DNA of 64,000 bases from Antechinus flavipes (taxonomy: Eukaryota): assembly GCF_016432865.1 (NCBI RefSeq), contig NC_067401.1:110980001-111044000 (forward strand). Direction: 5' to 3'. Below the pieces are notes generated by a model that worked only from the letters and a program-made list of their open reading frames with translations, ran no database searches and was not told the origin of the DNA. Both the position numbers and the translations under genes were made by a program. Of this stretch, positions 26,436 through 39,639 are shown one piece after another. Numbering within the stretch: position 1 is the first letter of the stretch; each line of letters begins with the position of its first letter.

Positions 26436-28822
26436 CTGAGACCCTCAGGAGGGAAGTAATAGCTCCTAGCTACTTCCAGCCCCCAGCTCTAGCCCCCAGC
26501 CCCCAACACACCTTTTTAAAATCTAGACACTATCACTTCCCACTGTCCTCACCTCAGCCAAAAGTCTATAAATAGAAGTTGGAAAAAAAGATGTTTGCAA
26601 CATCAATATGTCATTTCCTAAGAAAGCAGGGAGGAGGAGGAGAAGGGGGCTTAGTGGGAACCCCTCCATGGCTCAGCCTAAAGGGAGGAAAAACTTCTCA
26701 TTATCCTGCCTTCTCTGAGTCTGATGAGACGGGGAGGACCTGCCTGGCATTGCCCATGACATTCTGAGAGGTGAATTTTGTAATTATCCTAAGAGGAGAT
26801 CAAAGGGCTCCGGTCCCTTTCTTTCTCTTCATCCTTGGGCGAGGCTGTTGGGTGTGTTGCCCGGATTCCATCCCACTTAACCCTTACCTATTTCTTGATG
26901 CCTGTGGTGAGGGTGATGGGGGAAGAGACAAGATCTAGGGCTCCCTACATAGGCAGTGAGATGTGTCTCCCCGGGGGCATCATGCCTGCCACAGAGATAA
27001 GCTGGCACCTAGATAGAGCAAGATGTCGTTACCTATTGTATCTCGGGGGTAGGGCGGGGGAGAAAGGCCCTAGAGCAGGTGAAGGCCTAAGCACCTGCCA
27101 CCTGGCTGCGTGGGCAGAGGGTCACCTCATGGCCAGGGATAATGACCCCCTCCTCGGAGATGGGAGCATTTACAAGGCAGTTTGGCGCCAGCCTCTGCCC
27201 TCCACCCGGCATTTCGTGTGCCTGGCTTCAGGGTGCCAGCTTCTGACCCGTCAATTAACACTGGCAGGGGGGTACTCACAAACAGCTCAATCACTATCAT
27301 TAAACCAGGATCATTTCCACAGCCTGGGGAAAGGTGAGAAGGGTCACAGCCCTGACCTCTACTGCCCTATTTCATCCATTTTGTCCCTGCCTTTCCCCAA
27401 GAAGCTGCAAGTTTGTGGCTGGGGGAAGGGAAGGAGAAGGAGGAGATGTCCTCTGCCTCAGAGTACGGAGGGAAACCAGATGTTTCCTCCCTGCCTCCCT
27501 CACACGAGGCTCCGACACCCACCGCCGCCACAGGAAACAGGAGTAAATAATACTCTGGAGAGGTGGCGGGAGAGCGAGGGGGTGGGAGGGAAAAGGGCCT
27601 CTCATTTAGTCAAATCTGGCCGGGAAGGGCAGAGTGAGGGACATGGTGTGATACCCCATGAGGTCAGAGGCATTGTGCCCCTTGTCTGCTGTCCTGGGGC
27701 CGGGGCCGGGGCTGGGAACACCAGCAGGGGACTCGAGGCCGCGGGGGCCCCACGGTGATCCTTGTGGGTCAGGGGCTAAACAGAGGGCTTGAAGGGCCAG
27801 GCAGCCGGCCAAGCATCAGGGCGAAGGGAAGGCATGCCAAAGGGTCAGGACTGGGGAAACAGTGGCTGGAGAGGGGAGAAGGAGGAGGGGGGCTTAGCGC
27901 CAGCCCTTGGCTCCAGCCCTTTCCGGCCCTTATTGTCCTTGGTGAGAACAGGAGAGCGTCCTGTTCTCACTGCCTGCCCACCCCCAGCCCGGCTCCCCAG
28001 GGGCTCGGGAAGGATGTGGGGAAACAAGAGAGAGCCAGAGACATGGAGAGACAGAGACACAGAGAGACTCAAAGACGGAAACAAAGAGAGAAACATTCAG
28101 TCAAAAACACTCATTGAGACCTACTCAGCATAGCTCTGTACTGGGCACTGTGGGAAGGAATTACTGAAAAAGAAGCGGGAGTCCCTCCCCTCTGCAAACT
28201 CCAGCATGGCTTGGGAGGCAAGGCACACACATGCAGGGATTGCAGAGCCCCTACAAAGCAACCTCATTACTAATGAATTTGGTACAGACTAAGTCTACGA
28301 CTGCGGTTGTCAGGAGCCTTGAACTGCGTTTTCTCGAATCAGTCCCCATCTGGAATGCAAGCAACTTGAAGGCAAGTAGCTGCTCAGCAAGTGATTATCG
28401 ATTGACTAACAGCAGTGTGGAGAAATGGATCAAGCATTGCCTCTGGAATCTAGCAGATCTGGATTCAAATTCCAAGTTGTGACTTTGGATAGGTCACTTA
28501 ATCTCTGAATTTATTTCCTACTCTGTAAAATAAATGATCTCTCTAAATTTCCTTCCAATTCCAAATTTTGTGATGATATAAAGAAAAATAAGAGGTATAA
28601 GCAGGAACTAGACTATTAGAATAATGTTTTTAAATGCACAAAATAAAACATATAGGATTTCAGAAGAAACTGATTTTATTGAAATAAAGTTGTTGTTTTT
28701 CCTATCCAAGTTTAGTGACACCTTCCTGCCCCCAAAATCTCTTTGAATTTCTAGATTATAACTCTTGCCCTAATTCTCCAGGTAAGGAGGGGTTGACATC
28801 CAAGAAAGATCTTAAATCTTAC

Positions 28823-29615
28823 ACTAATGTGTTATTGCTGGAGTTGTGAAATGATTCAACTGTTCTGGAGAGCAATTTGGAATTATGCCCAAAGGGCTAT
28901 CAAAATGTGCATGCCTTTTGATCCAGCAGTGTTTCTATTGGGATTATATCCCAAAGAGATCTTAAAGGAGGGAAAGGAACCCACATGTGCAAAAATGTTT
29001 GTGGCGGCCCTTCTTGTAGTGGCCAGAAACAGGAAACTGAGTGGATGCCCATCAATTGGAGAATAGCTGAATAAATTATGGTATATGAATGTTATGGAAT
29101 ATTATTGTTCTGTAAGAAACAATCAGCAGGATGATTTTAGAAAGGCTGGAGAGTTACATGAACTGATGTTGAATGAAGTGACAAGAACCAACAGAAAACA
29201 TTGTACACAGTAACAAGATTATGTGATGATCAACTGTGATGGATTTGGCTCTTTTCAACAATGTGGTTATTCAAGGCAATTCCAATAGACTTGTGATGGA
29301 GAGAACCACTCCCATACTCTATAGAGGACTATGGAGACTGAGTGTGGATCAAAACATAGTATTTTCTCTCACCTTTTTTTGCTGTTCTTGTTTTTCTTTC
29401 TCATAGTTTTTCCCTTTTGATCTGATTTTTGTTGCACAACATAAAGAATATAGAAATATATTTAGAAGAATTGTGCATGTTTAATCTATATTGGATTGCT
29501 TGCTGTCTTGTGGAGGAGGGAAGGAGAAAAATTTGGAACATAAAATTTTGCAAAGGTATATGTTGAAAACTATCTTTGTAGGTGTTTAGAAAAATAAAAT
29601 ACTATTGAAAAAAAT
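28823..29615 (+). mobile_element. 5'-truncated marsupial L1 (ORF2 end plus 3' UTR)
   Basis: Decayed ORF2 C-terminus (CYCWSCEMIQLFWRAIWNYAQRAIK...) then 3' UTR, aaaataaaat and an A-rich tail. Confidence 0.85.
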
Positions 29616-30004
29616 AAGACAACAATGAAGTTTGCTACAACACACAAAAATCTTCAGTCCTGATTCCTGGGCCCTCTGAAGAAGGGCATCACTCTGTCTA
29701 GGGAAAATCTGCAGCGAGAAGAGACATGGTCCAGGATTCCCCCCAGGTAATGGGTCTTATTCACTAGTTCAATTTCCTTTACAGAATTCCCCTCTTCTCA
29801 AGGAGTGTTCTTCCCTTTGGACTTTTGCTATGAAATCTATTCTCTACTCTTCAAAAATCAGTGGCCTAGTTCTAAAGTAGTCAGTTTTTCTGGAGTATAT
29901 TAGAGCAAGGGGTTCTTGGAAACCTGACTAGACTCTAACAAGTAATGTATCTTGTATGTGTGTGAGTTTGTATGAGAGAGTGTATGTGTGTGAGTGGAGT
30001 ACCT

Positions 30005-30172
30005 ATCACTAACTATGTGACCCTGGGCAAATCACTTAACCGTGTTTGCCTCAGTTTCCTTATCTGTAAAATGAACTGGAGAAGGAAATGTCAGACTACT
30101 CCAATATCTTTGCCAAGAAAATCCCAAATGGGGTCTTGAAAGGTTGTACCTAATTGAAATAATTGAACAACA
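30005..30172 (+). mobile_element. Mar1-type SINE (MIR core plus RTE-derived tail)
   Basis: tgaccctgggcaaatcacttaacc...ggagaaggaaatg...ctccaatatctttgccaagaaaatcccaaatgggg...gaacaaca. Confidence 0.75.
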
Positions 30173-31510
30173 TCACTTGGGAAATGACTGAGCAAATTGT
30201 GGTACATGAAATGAATGGAATAGTAAATTATTGTTAGAAATAACAAAAGGGACAGATTTAGAGAAACTTGGGCAGATTTGTACAAACTAATACAGAATGC
30301 AGGAGAACAATTATTATCACAACTCATAAAGTTATCCAGCTTTAGGGGAAAAAAAAACTTTGAAAGACTTAAAAATTCTGATCATGTAATGGCTAATGAC
30401 AAAACATACCTCCCATCTCTTAACAGAAGTGATGAAGTTATTTAAAAATTAAGAAAAACAAAACAAAACAAAAACAGAGGTGATGGATCAAAGGTTTAGA
30501 GTGAGACATTACATAATTGCTATCATTGCTTTATAGGTCTTTAAGGTTTGCAAAGCATTTTACATAATGTTATCTGATTTGATCCTCACAACAACCCTTT
30601 GAGGGAGGTACTATTATTATCTCCATTTTATAAGCAAGTCAAATCAACAAGCATTTATTAAGCACCAAGTATGTACCAAGTACTACACTAAGCCCTGCGG
30701 ATATGAAGAAAGACAAAAAATAATTCCTGAAATCAAGAAGCCCACATTCTAATGATGAAAGACAACATGGGAACACCTATATAACAACAAGATAGTTGCA
30801 GGATAAATTGAAGATAATTTTAGAGGAAGGAAAAAAGGAAGGAAGCATCTATTAAATACCTACTTTATTCTAGGCATTGTGCCAAGAGCTTTACAAATAC
30901 TAAATCATTGGATGCCCACAACAACTCTGTGAGGTAAAGTACTATTATTATCTCCTTTATACAGTCGGGGAAACTGAGGCAAACAGTAATTAAGAGACTC
31001 ACTCAAGGTTATATACATCTATGTAAGTGTCCCAGGTCGGACTCAGAGCTTCCACTCTATCTTTTGTCACCTAGATGTTAACAGTAAAAAGGACTAGGAA
31101 AAACTTGCAGAAGGTAGTTTTAGCTAAACTGTATGGGAAGTCAGGTAGCAGAAATGACGAGGGAGAGAATTACAGGCATGAGGGACGGCCAGGAAAAATA
31201 AAGAGGAAACTGAGGGTGAATGACTAAATGATTTTCTCAGGGCTAAATAGGTAAGATGTGTTTAAATCAGTATTGGAACTCAGGTCTTCAACCACCAAGT
31301 CCCATACACTGTCTACTGACACTTTTAGACATAGTTTATGTGTGAATTTGTTTTGCTTGACTATTTAAATATAACCCTACATTGCTATAGAATTGAGAGA
31401 TCCTCAAGTAGATGCTATCCCACAAATTCACCATTTAGTGACATTTTGGAACTGGGATCCCTAGAAGAGATTGGTGTTGATTTATGGAAGGAAATAAATT
31501 TAAAAAAAAA

Positions 31511-32155
31511 GAATGGAAGGATCAGTTGAGGCAGAATAAGCTTAGCAAGACGATAGATGCATACTAAAGGCATGGATGGGATGTGTGATGTGCCTGAGGT
31601 ACAACTCATAGAATCCATGTCACTAACTCAATACCATTCTGGGAAAAATTTAGGATGATGGTTCCCCTGTAACAGAAGCCCTTCAAAACTATCTTGAAGG
31701 ACTACTAGTGATCAATACATCACCTCAGAGTCCAGTAACCTTATGCTTCACCAATGGTGGAAAGACCAAAGAATGGGAAGAAAGAATTGGGTGTAGACTA
31801 TGGGAGGGCTTTGAACAGAAGAACTGTAATAGAACAGTATGACCTGCTTGGGGTTGCCTCGGACCCTCTCTTAGGTAGTCTGTGGTACTCAGTCTTGGAT
31901 TTACATGGTGAATGACAGTAGATGCCTACGGCTGAGATGATGGACAAGAAGACTATTTTCATCTTCCCAGTTTGAGTTTACTTTTCCAGTATATGCTCCC
32001 AGGGTATGTGGGGACAACTGGCATTTCCTAATGGTGATGAAAAAGTAGTCAATGAAGAAAACTACTTGAAAGCATTATAGTACCTCAATGAAGACATTAT
32101 CTTTGGAAAGACACTTGAAAGATGTGAGGAGAGAATGATGAAAACATTAAATTAG
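31511..32155 (+). mobile_element. Fossil Ty3/Gypsy LTR-retrotransposon pol (reverse transcriptase) fragment
   Basis: Manual translation through stops and about 3 frameshifts gives EWKDQLRQ..HGWDV*CA*GTTHRIHVTNSIPFWEKFR..PYASPMVERPKNGKKELGVDYGRALNRRTV..GSLWYSVLDL..KKTIFIFP..SQGM..YLNEDIIFGKTLERCEERMMKTL. These motifs are collinear with Gypsy RT. Confidence 0.85.
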
Positions 32156-33863
32156 CGTGGTGGTGATTGCTCCAGGACAATTTCAGCCTGAATCTCTTCC
32201 AAAGATATAAGAAAAATGAGATGATAATAAGTATATAATAATATAAAATAAATATTATAGCAATAGCTGACATTTATATGGAGATTCAAGGCCTGCAAAG
32301 CATTTTATATACATTGTTTCATTTGAGACTCACACAATCCCCGTGAGGTGGGTATTGTGGCCCTTATAAATCCCATTCTACAGGTGATGAAATGAACATC
32401 TGAAGAAGTAAAGTGAGTCATCACACAGTTGCTAAGTATGCAGTTGGGCATCAAATCCAGAATTCTGACTCTGAGTCTAGTAAGTACTTTCTTTTAAAAA
32501 TTAAAATTCTTTTATTTTCTGCTCTGAATTCTTTCCCTTCCATCTTCCTAAGAAAGGACTTTTCCTTGCACCACATTGTCTGCAAATCTATCATCCTAAG
32601 AGTAGCTGATCTCCAAGGTATCTTTCATCTCTAACCACTTTATGACTCTATAACTTTATTAACAACAGACTCGGTTTATTGTGTTTCTTTCCTGAAACCT
32701 ACCCTGATCCTCCTGTTGCTGGCACTCCCTTCCCTTTATATATCCCTCCAAGACCTTGAAAATATCTCTGAAAGGATCAGATGATTTTCTCAAGTACACA
32801 AAACTTATTTTTGTGTCCTTCCTTACTTAACCTTTCTGTTGCATTTCATCCTTTTTCTCTTTCCATCTAAGAGTAAGGCAAACTCTTTTTAGGAAATCTT
32901 CCCTAAATCATCCTAATTATTTTTTTCAACAAATAATCTCTGAACTACCTTTTTTTCATCACAGCACTTCTGTAGTGTTACAATTACGTATTCGTGTTGA
33001 TTATATGGGTGCTTGTTTTGTTTTGTTTTGTTTTCTCCACTAAAAACTGTAAGTTTCCTTTGGCCAGGGATAGGTACAATTCATTATCTGATACTTCCCC
33101 TCAGGGACCCACTAAACTGCCATGCAATTAGTTGCCCTTAAAAAAAAGAATAGAAGTGACATATGGTCCTACAAGAATATGAACAGATATAGTACAGGGA
33201 AGAGGAAGGTCCCCTTACCTGGATCAGAAGTGGAAGAAAAGAAATAAGCATTTATATAGCACCTAGAATGTGCCAGATACTATGCTAAGCACTTTATAAA
33301 ATTATCTCTTTTGACCTTCATTATAATCCTGGTAGGTAGGGCTTTAGGAAGGGAGAAAGTATATAGAACTTCCCTGCCTGCTCACCCCTCTCCCTTAAAC
33401 CCATGTACTTTTAATATGTCTTTGATAAAGAAATTACTAAATTAACTCAGAGATCCTACTACTGATACTGAAGTTATTAGCAGCAATAGAAGATTCATAC
33501 TTGTAGAAATATCACAGCAGCTTCATTTGTGATAACAAAAAGAAGCAAAATATTTGTCCACAATGGGGGACTGCTTTAACAAATTGTGGTAAATGAATGC
33601 AATGGAATCTTATCATTCTTGACAGAATGACAAATATGAGGAATTCATAAGAAACAGGATGATGTGATTCAAAAAAAGCAGAGGAAAAATCCCAAAATAG
33701 TTAATGCCCAGAGTAATAGAAAAAGAATCAACAGAGAAGCAATAAAATTTGGTCAATTACAACAGTCTGGGTTAGTATCAGTGTTAGTCCAATATTGTAA
33801 AAGTTAAAGGACAAATTCCTCATTTCTGTTAACGGTTAATAAACTTTTCATGGCTGTACTTTG

Positions 33864-34141
33864 TGTTGTTGTTCAGTCATTTTATAGTCTTGTCTGACTC
33901 TTCATGACCCCATTTGGGATTTTCTTGGCAGAGATGCAACAGTAGTTTACCATTTCTTCATTTTCTGGTTCATTTTACAGATGAGAAAACTGAGGCAAAC
34001 AGAGTTAAGTGACTTGTCCTGGATCATATAGCTAGGAATCAAATACTAGGAAGTATTTGAGGGCAGATGTGAATGCAGGAAGCTGAGTCTTTGTGATTCC
34101 AGGCCTAATGCTCTAACCAGTATGACATCACCTATTTGCCC
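33864..34141 (-). mobile_element. Near full-length Mar1-type SINE
   Basis: tgttgttgttcagtcattt...catttgggattttcttggcagagat...ttttacagatgagaaaactgaggcaaac...cctatttgccc. Confidence 0.8.
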
Positions 34142-36079
34142 CTATGTACTTTGTAGTGGAGTTTATTTAGGTGTTGTTGGGAAATTACTGTTGTATCAAT
34201 ACATTTTTAAAAACCAATGCAAGAGATCCTTGATAAAGCTGATAAAATACCTCTCATAGCAATCGGACTTTTATAAGATCCTAATAAGAAGATCTTCAGA
34301 AATCCCTGGAAATTCCCTATAATATATCTAAAATTATATTCCCTAGGCATCTGAATCTGATAACTCTGGGAGTTCCCAAGATTCAATCCTTTACCTCCTA
34401 CCCTTTTCATATCTTTTTTTTAAAAACCCTTTTTAAAAAAAACTTTTCCTGCCCTTTCATTATACTCTGCTTCAAAGATTATACTCATTCCCATGGCTTT
34501 GACTACCATGTCTATGTGAGTATCCAGGCCTGCATCTCAAATTACTTAGTTGGCATTTTCAAGTGGATGTCCCAACATGACCTCAGATTCAATATGTCCA
34601 AAATCAAAGTGACTGTCTTACTCCCTGAGTCAGCCCTCCTGACATACCTCCCTGTCTGTCAATAGCACCATCAGCATCTAGTCATTCAAGTTGGAAAAAT
34701 TAAGTCATCTTTAATTCTTCCTTTTTCTCCTCCTCACTCTATTCCCATGCCTAATCAGCCATAGGATCATCAAATCCTCTCAATATTTTCCTTTGAAAAG
34801 CATAAGTAATTATACACCTCCATGAAGGCAGGGGCCATGACTTATTTAAACCTTTGTGGTGTCCTTCATTACTTAGCACAGTGAACTGCACACTTGAGGC
34901 ACTTGGTGTATATTTGTTGAATAATTGGATGAATGAATGAATTTTGTTATATATCTCTTCCTCTTCATTTCTCCTGGAACCACTAGCATACTGGCTCTCA
35001 TCACATCTTGTTCAAATTTGTTCATCAGCATCCTTACGGGCCATCTTTCTCATCTCTCACTCACACCTATCTGCACAAATCTCCAGAATAACCAATAAAC
35101 ATTGCTTTCTGTGTCTAAAAAGAAGAAAAATAAGAAGAAATTCCCACTTTACCTCTTGGCAGAGGAGAAACATCTACAAGGGTTGCAAATTACACCTATT
35201 TTGAGACTTTGTCAATATATTAATCAATTATGATGATATTTTTCTTTTCTTTTAAAAACTACCATGTATACTATTTGTATTAATGGATGGTTCTTTGGAG
35301 AAGGAAGAGGAAAGGGTTTTTTTGTTTTTTTTTTTTTAAAGAGGAAAGTTTCTAAAGGAAATTATGATGATACTTTTAAACTCCTCAATAAAAACTAATT
35401 TAAAAAAATTTTACTTTTCCCCTGCCACTCCCTGGCTCAAAGAGCCCCATTTTTCTACTGCAACAAGTTTAAAATCCTCTGCTTGACTTTCTAGGATCTC
35501 CCACCACTTCTCATACACACTCTTTGATCTTATCAGCCTGGTCTCCTCTGTGGACCTTGAACACAACGTAATTGATTTGTGCCTTCCTTTATATTGTTCC
35601 CATCACCTGGGATGCTCTCCACTCTTTGTTTTTCTAAATCCTAGTCATCCTCCAAGACCTAGTTCAAGTCTTTCCATAACGCCTTCTCTGAATGCTCTAG
35701 CCCTAGATGATCTTAGACTCAGGATTCAGGACTCAAGACTCACCATAGTGTGCCTCACAATTAGTCTCTAATTATAGATTGCCCAGTCTTTTATTGCTCA
35801 TGACTGATTCATGTGTGGCGACACTATCTTCCCAAATGAAATGCAAACTCCTTGAGGTCAAGTCCTAGATCTTTGATTTTCCTTGTAGCCTCCATAATGG
35901 AGTCATGGATACTCAAAAAAATATCTGCTTATTGTTCACCAGAATAGGATATGTTCTGTTCTATAGTTATTAACCATTTTAAGGGATCTGTCATCTCATT
36001 GATGTGGGGGTTCCCCCCCATCATAGTTACATTCCATCTATATATTCCATTCTTGTCCATGCCCTGCTATAAATCCTAT

Positions 36080-37262
36080 AGAAAGGATATGCCATCGTAT
36101 GAAAAATGTTCCAAATCACTAATAGTTACAGAAATACAAATCAAAATAATTCAGAGGTTTCATTTTATAGCCGTAAATTTACAAAATGACAACAGTAAAT
36201 ATTGGGAAGGTTGTGGAGGAATAGCCACATTAATATATTGTTCATAGAGCTATAAAAAAATCATTTTGGAAAGTAATTTGGAATTATGCAAATAAAGCAA
36301 TTAATATGTCTATAGCTTTTGAGTCAGAAATTCTGTTACTGGGCTTTTATCCCAAAGATTAAGAAAAAGCCCCCAATGCTCCAAAATATTTAAAACAGTA
36401 CTTTTTTGGGGATAGCTAAGATTTGGACACAAAGTAGATTGTCCCATCATGGTAAATGGTTAAACCAATTGTGGTACATGCATGTAAAAGAATATTACTG
36501 GACTGTTAAAAATGATGTATGTGATGAATACAGAGAAGCATGGAAAGATTTATACAAACTGATGTAGAGTGAAATAAGCAGAGCCAACAGTTCCAATAGT
36601 CTTGTAATGAAGAGAGCCATCTACACCCAGAGACAGGATTGTGGAAACTGAGTTTGGATCACAACATTGCATTTTCACTCTTTTTGTTGTTATTTGCTTG
36701 AATTTTGTTTTCTTTCTCATTTTTTTCCTTTTTGATCTGATTTTTCTTGTGCAGCAAGATAATTGTGTAAATATGCATACATATATTAGATTATATATAC
36801 ACGTTTAACATAGATTACTTGCTATCTATCTAGAGAAGGGGACGGATTTGGAACACAGGGTTTTGCAAGGGTCAATATTGAAAAATTATCCATGCATATG
36901 TTTTGAAAATAAAGAGATTTAATTTAAAAAAAAAAAGAAAAAAGCAGGATCAAATAAACAATAACTACAACTATGTAAATAAAAAAACCACATATACATA
37001 TAAAATCAAAATTAAATTTAACAAAAATTAAATTTAAGAAAATTATAAAGAAGCAAGTAGGAATCAAATTAAAAGAGATGAGAATACATCCCCCACCTAC
37101 CCCTTTGTGGAAGTGGGAATTCCTCATTATATATGTTTTCAGCCTTTTTCAGTTTATTAAAAATGCTGACTTTTTTTCTTTTCTTAAAAAAAATTGGTCA
37201 TATGGAAAGGAGAGGTAGAAACAGCTATGATGATATTAAAAATAGAAAATATCAATAAAAAT
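36080..37262 (+). mobile_element. Old L1-like 3' region interrupted by a younger L1 3' end (about 36591-36935)
   Basis: L1 ORF2-end/3'-UTR motifs on both sides. The inner segment ttccaatagtcttgtaatgaagagagccatc...aataaagagatttaattt(A)n has the younger-type 3' end. Confidence 0.65.
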
Positions 37263-37282
37263 TTATTTTTTATAAAAAGAAA

Positions 37283-37440
37283 AGGAGCAACTAGATGGTG
37301 CAGTGGTTAGAGCACCAGCCCTGAAGTCAGAAGGACCTGAATTTAAATCCGTTCTTAACACGGACTAGCTGTGTGATCTTGGGCAAGTCACTTAATTCCA
37401 ATTGCCTCACCAATTTAAAAAAAAGAAAAGAAAAGAAAAA
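37283..37440 (+). mobile_element. WSINE1-like short SINE
   Basis: ggagcaactagatggtgcagtggttagagcaccagccctgaagtcagaaggacctgaattt...gggcaagtcacttaattccaattgcctc plus an A-rich tail. Confidence 0.75.
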
Positions 37441-39639
37441 ATAGGCACATCATGCTAAAAATTTTCCTCTAGGTCTTTTAACATTACCTGTATTGTTGGG
37501 GAGTCCTTACTCAGACTTGCTTTGGTAGTTCACATATAGAATATTTAACAGAAAACTAAAAAAGGTTTACTAAGCCATGCCTGGAAGGGATATTTAATAG
37601 AGATACAGCAATTGACTCAGGTAGACATGCCTTTTCCCACACACATATGAGTCTGGTCGTCGGGACAGTTAGAATATGTTGACTCCTTTGTCTGTGGAAT
37701 ATTTACCAAGTCTGGAGAATACTGATTTCATGTAGGTTTGCCTCTTTGATGACCCTAGGCCGCCAGACAGCTAAGCTAAAGCCATAAGCCTTATCTACCT
37801 GGGTCATTAAGTCTCATGGACATTTTCCATTCCTTTTAGAGAAAATATAATTAGCCTAGATTAAGGTACAGATTTCTCCTACCACAGCTAGATACCAATA
37901 CAGCACTTAGATTATCTAAATGTTATTCTTTACTCTTAACACATGACCAGCTCATCTCCTTTTCCAATTGTACATTTTCTAGATGTGACCTTTTATTCCA
38001 TTTTTTAATATGAATCATCTTTCTACTCAACTTCACATCACAGTCTAGACAAAAACATTCCTCATCCATTTGGCTTTTCCTATGTGAATTGTTAGGCTTT
38101 ATGGAGAGAGGTGACACCTGAACTTAGCCTTGAAAGAAGAAAAGTGTTTTAATGGGGGTAATGAGGGTGGAGTACATTACATGCATGGGAGATGGATTGT
38201 AAGAGGGCACAGAGGCTAGATTGTCCATGAAGACAAAGCCTATTCTTAATTTCTTCTATCTCCCCTGGTGAACAGACTTTTATACATAGCCGGTATTTAA
38301 TAAATGCTGAACAAATGTTGTTGTGAATGAATACTACTGCCATCTAGAAGACATGGTAGAAAACAGCATTAGCCTGGGAAACCTGAACTGAATAAGGTTC
38401 TGAGTCAAAGGTCCCCCCCTCTTCTCACGCCTCCTCCCCAAATCCCTGCGCTGATCTCCACCTGACTCAGAGGCTCAAGCACTCCCTGAGCCTGCCTGAG
38501 TAAGACAAAACAAAGGATGCAGTTTAATATAGAGGAATTGGAGCCTAAATTTATTCTCCAAATGATAGTGTCCCCTGCCCAGTCTCCTTGTGATCCAGAA
38601 GTATAAAAAGGTAAAAATGATGAGGAAAGAGATACATATGTGAAGAGTAGGAAAGGAAAGGGAAGCAGAGAAAAAAGTGATTGAAGCAGAAGGAAAAAAA
38701 AAAAATGGACAAGATGAAGCCCAAGCATGTGTCCACTTGAAACCTACAAAAGAAAATGAGGAGAAATAGTTCTTAAAGGTCCTTTCTGGCTCTAAAATGC
38801 TAGGATTATGAGATTTCAGCCTCCAAAAAAGGCTCCCACTGCTTTAGTAAGTATTGCTTATCCCCTTCACATGAATTGTACTGAAACATTGCTTTGCTTA
38901 TATCCCTTCCTTGCTTCAAAAATCTTTGAGGCTTCCCCTCACTTAAGTATAAAATTCATATGTCTCAGTGTGGTGTTCAAGACTTTTCACAGTCTTCATG
39001 GTACTCCAGTCAAGTTGGGTTATTCTTCCTTTCCCAAATAAACCTGGAATAGCCTTCTTCACCCTACCTCTTCCAATCCAATTTATCCTTTCAAATCTAC
39101 CTTGTATCTTAGCTCCTCCATGAATCTTGACAAATCATGATAGCTACATAATGCTAGGCTCTGCTAGGAATACTACAGAATACAGACCATATAGAATTTA
39201 CTTCTCCTAACCCTTTCTATATTGTTCAATGACCATTCATTGCTACTCTTGGATTGTTACCTAACTTTTTTTTCTTTATTTTTTAATACATATTGCTTTA
39301 TGAATCATGTTGGGAAATAAAAATCAGAACAAAAGAGAAAAGCCATGGGAGATAAAAAAAAATAGAAAAAAGAAGTGAACCTATATAGCATGTGTTGATT
39401 TATATTCAATCTCCATAGTACTTTTTCTGGATGCAGATGGCATTTTCTATCCAATCTACTGGAATTACTTTGGAGTTACCTAACTCTTGAACTGAGTGAT
39501 GTACTTGAGAGTTAGAAGATGTAGGGATCACAGGATTTAGACCTGGAAAGAACTTTAGAGATCACCTAGTCCAGGCCCTTTGTTTTGCAGATGAAGAAAA
39601 TTGGTTATACAGCATAGGAAAGCTAGTAGCATAGTTTTC

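Noticed and set aside
28827-29066. 79-aa ORF (also 43690-43893 and 39697-39978)
   Set aside because: Decayed L1 ORF2 remnants, not host genes.
37516-37538. Resemblance to the U6 snRNA 5' end (CTTGCTTTGGTAGTTCACATATA)
   Set aside because: Only about 20 nt with mismatches and an indel; similarity stops afterwards, so it is too weak to call a pseudogene.
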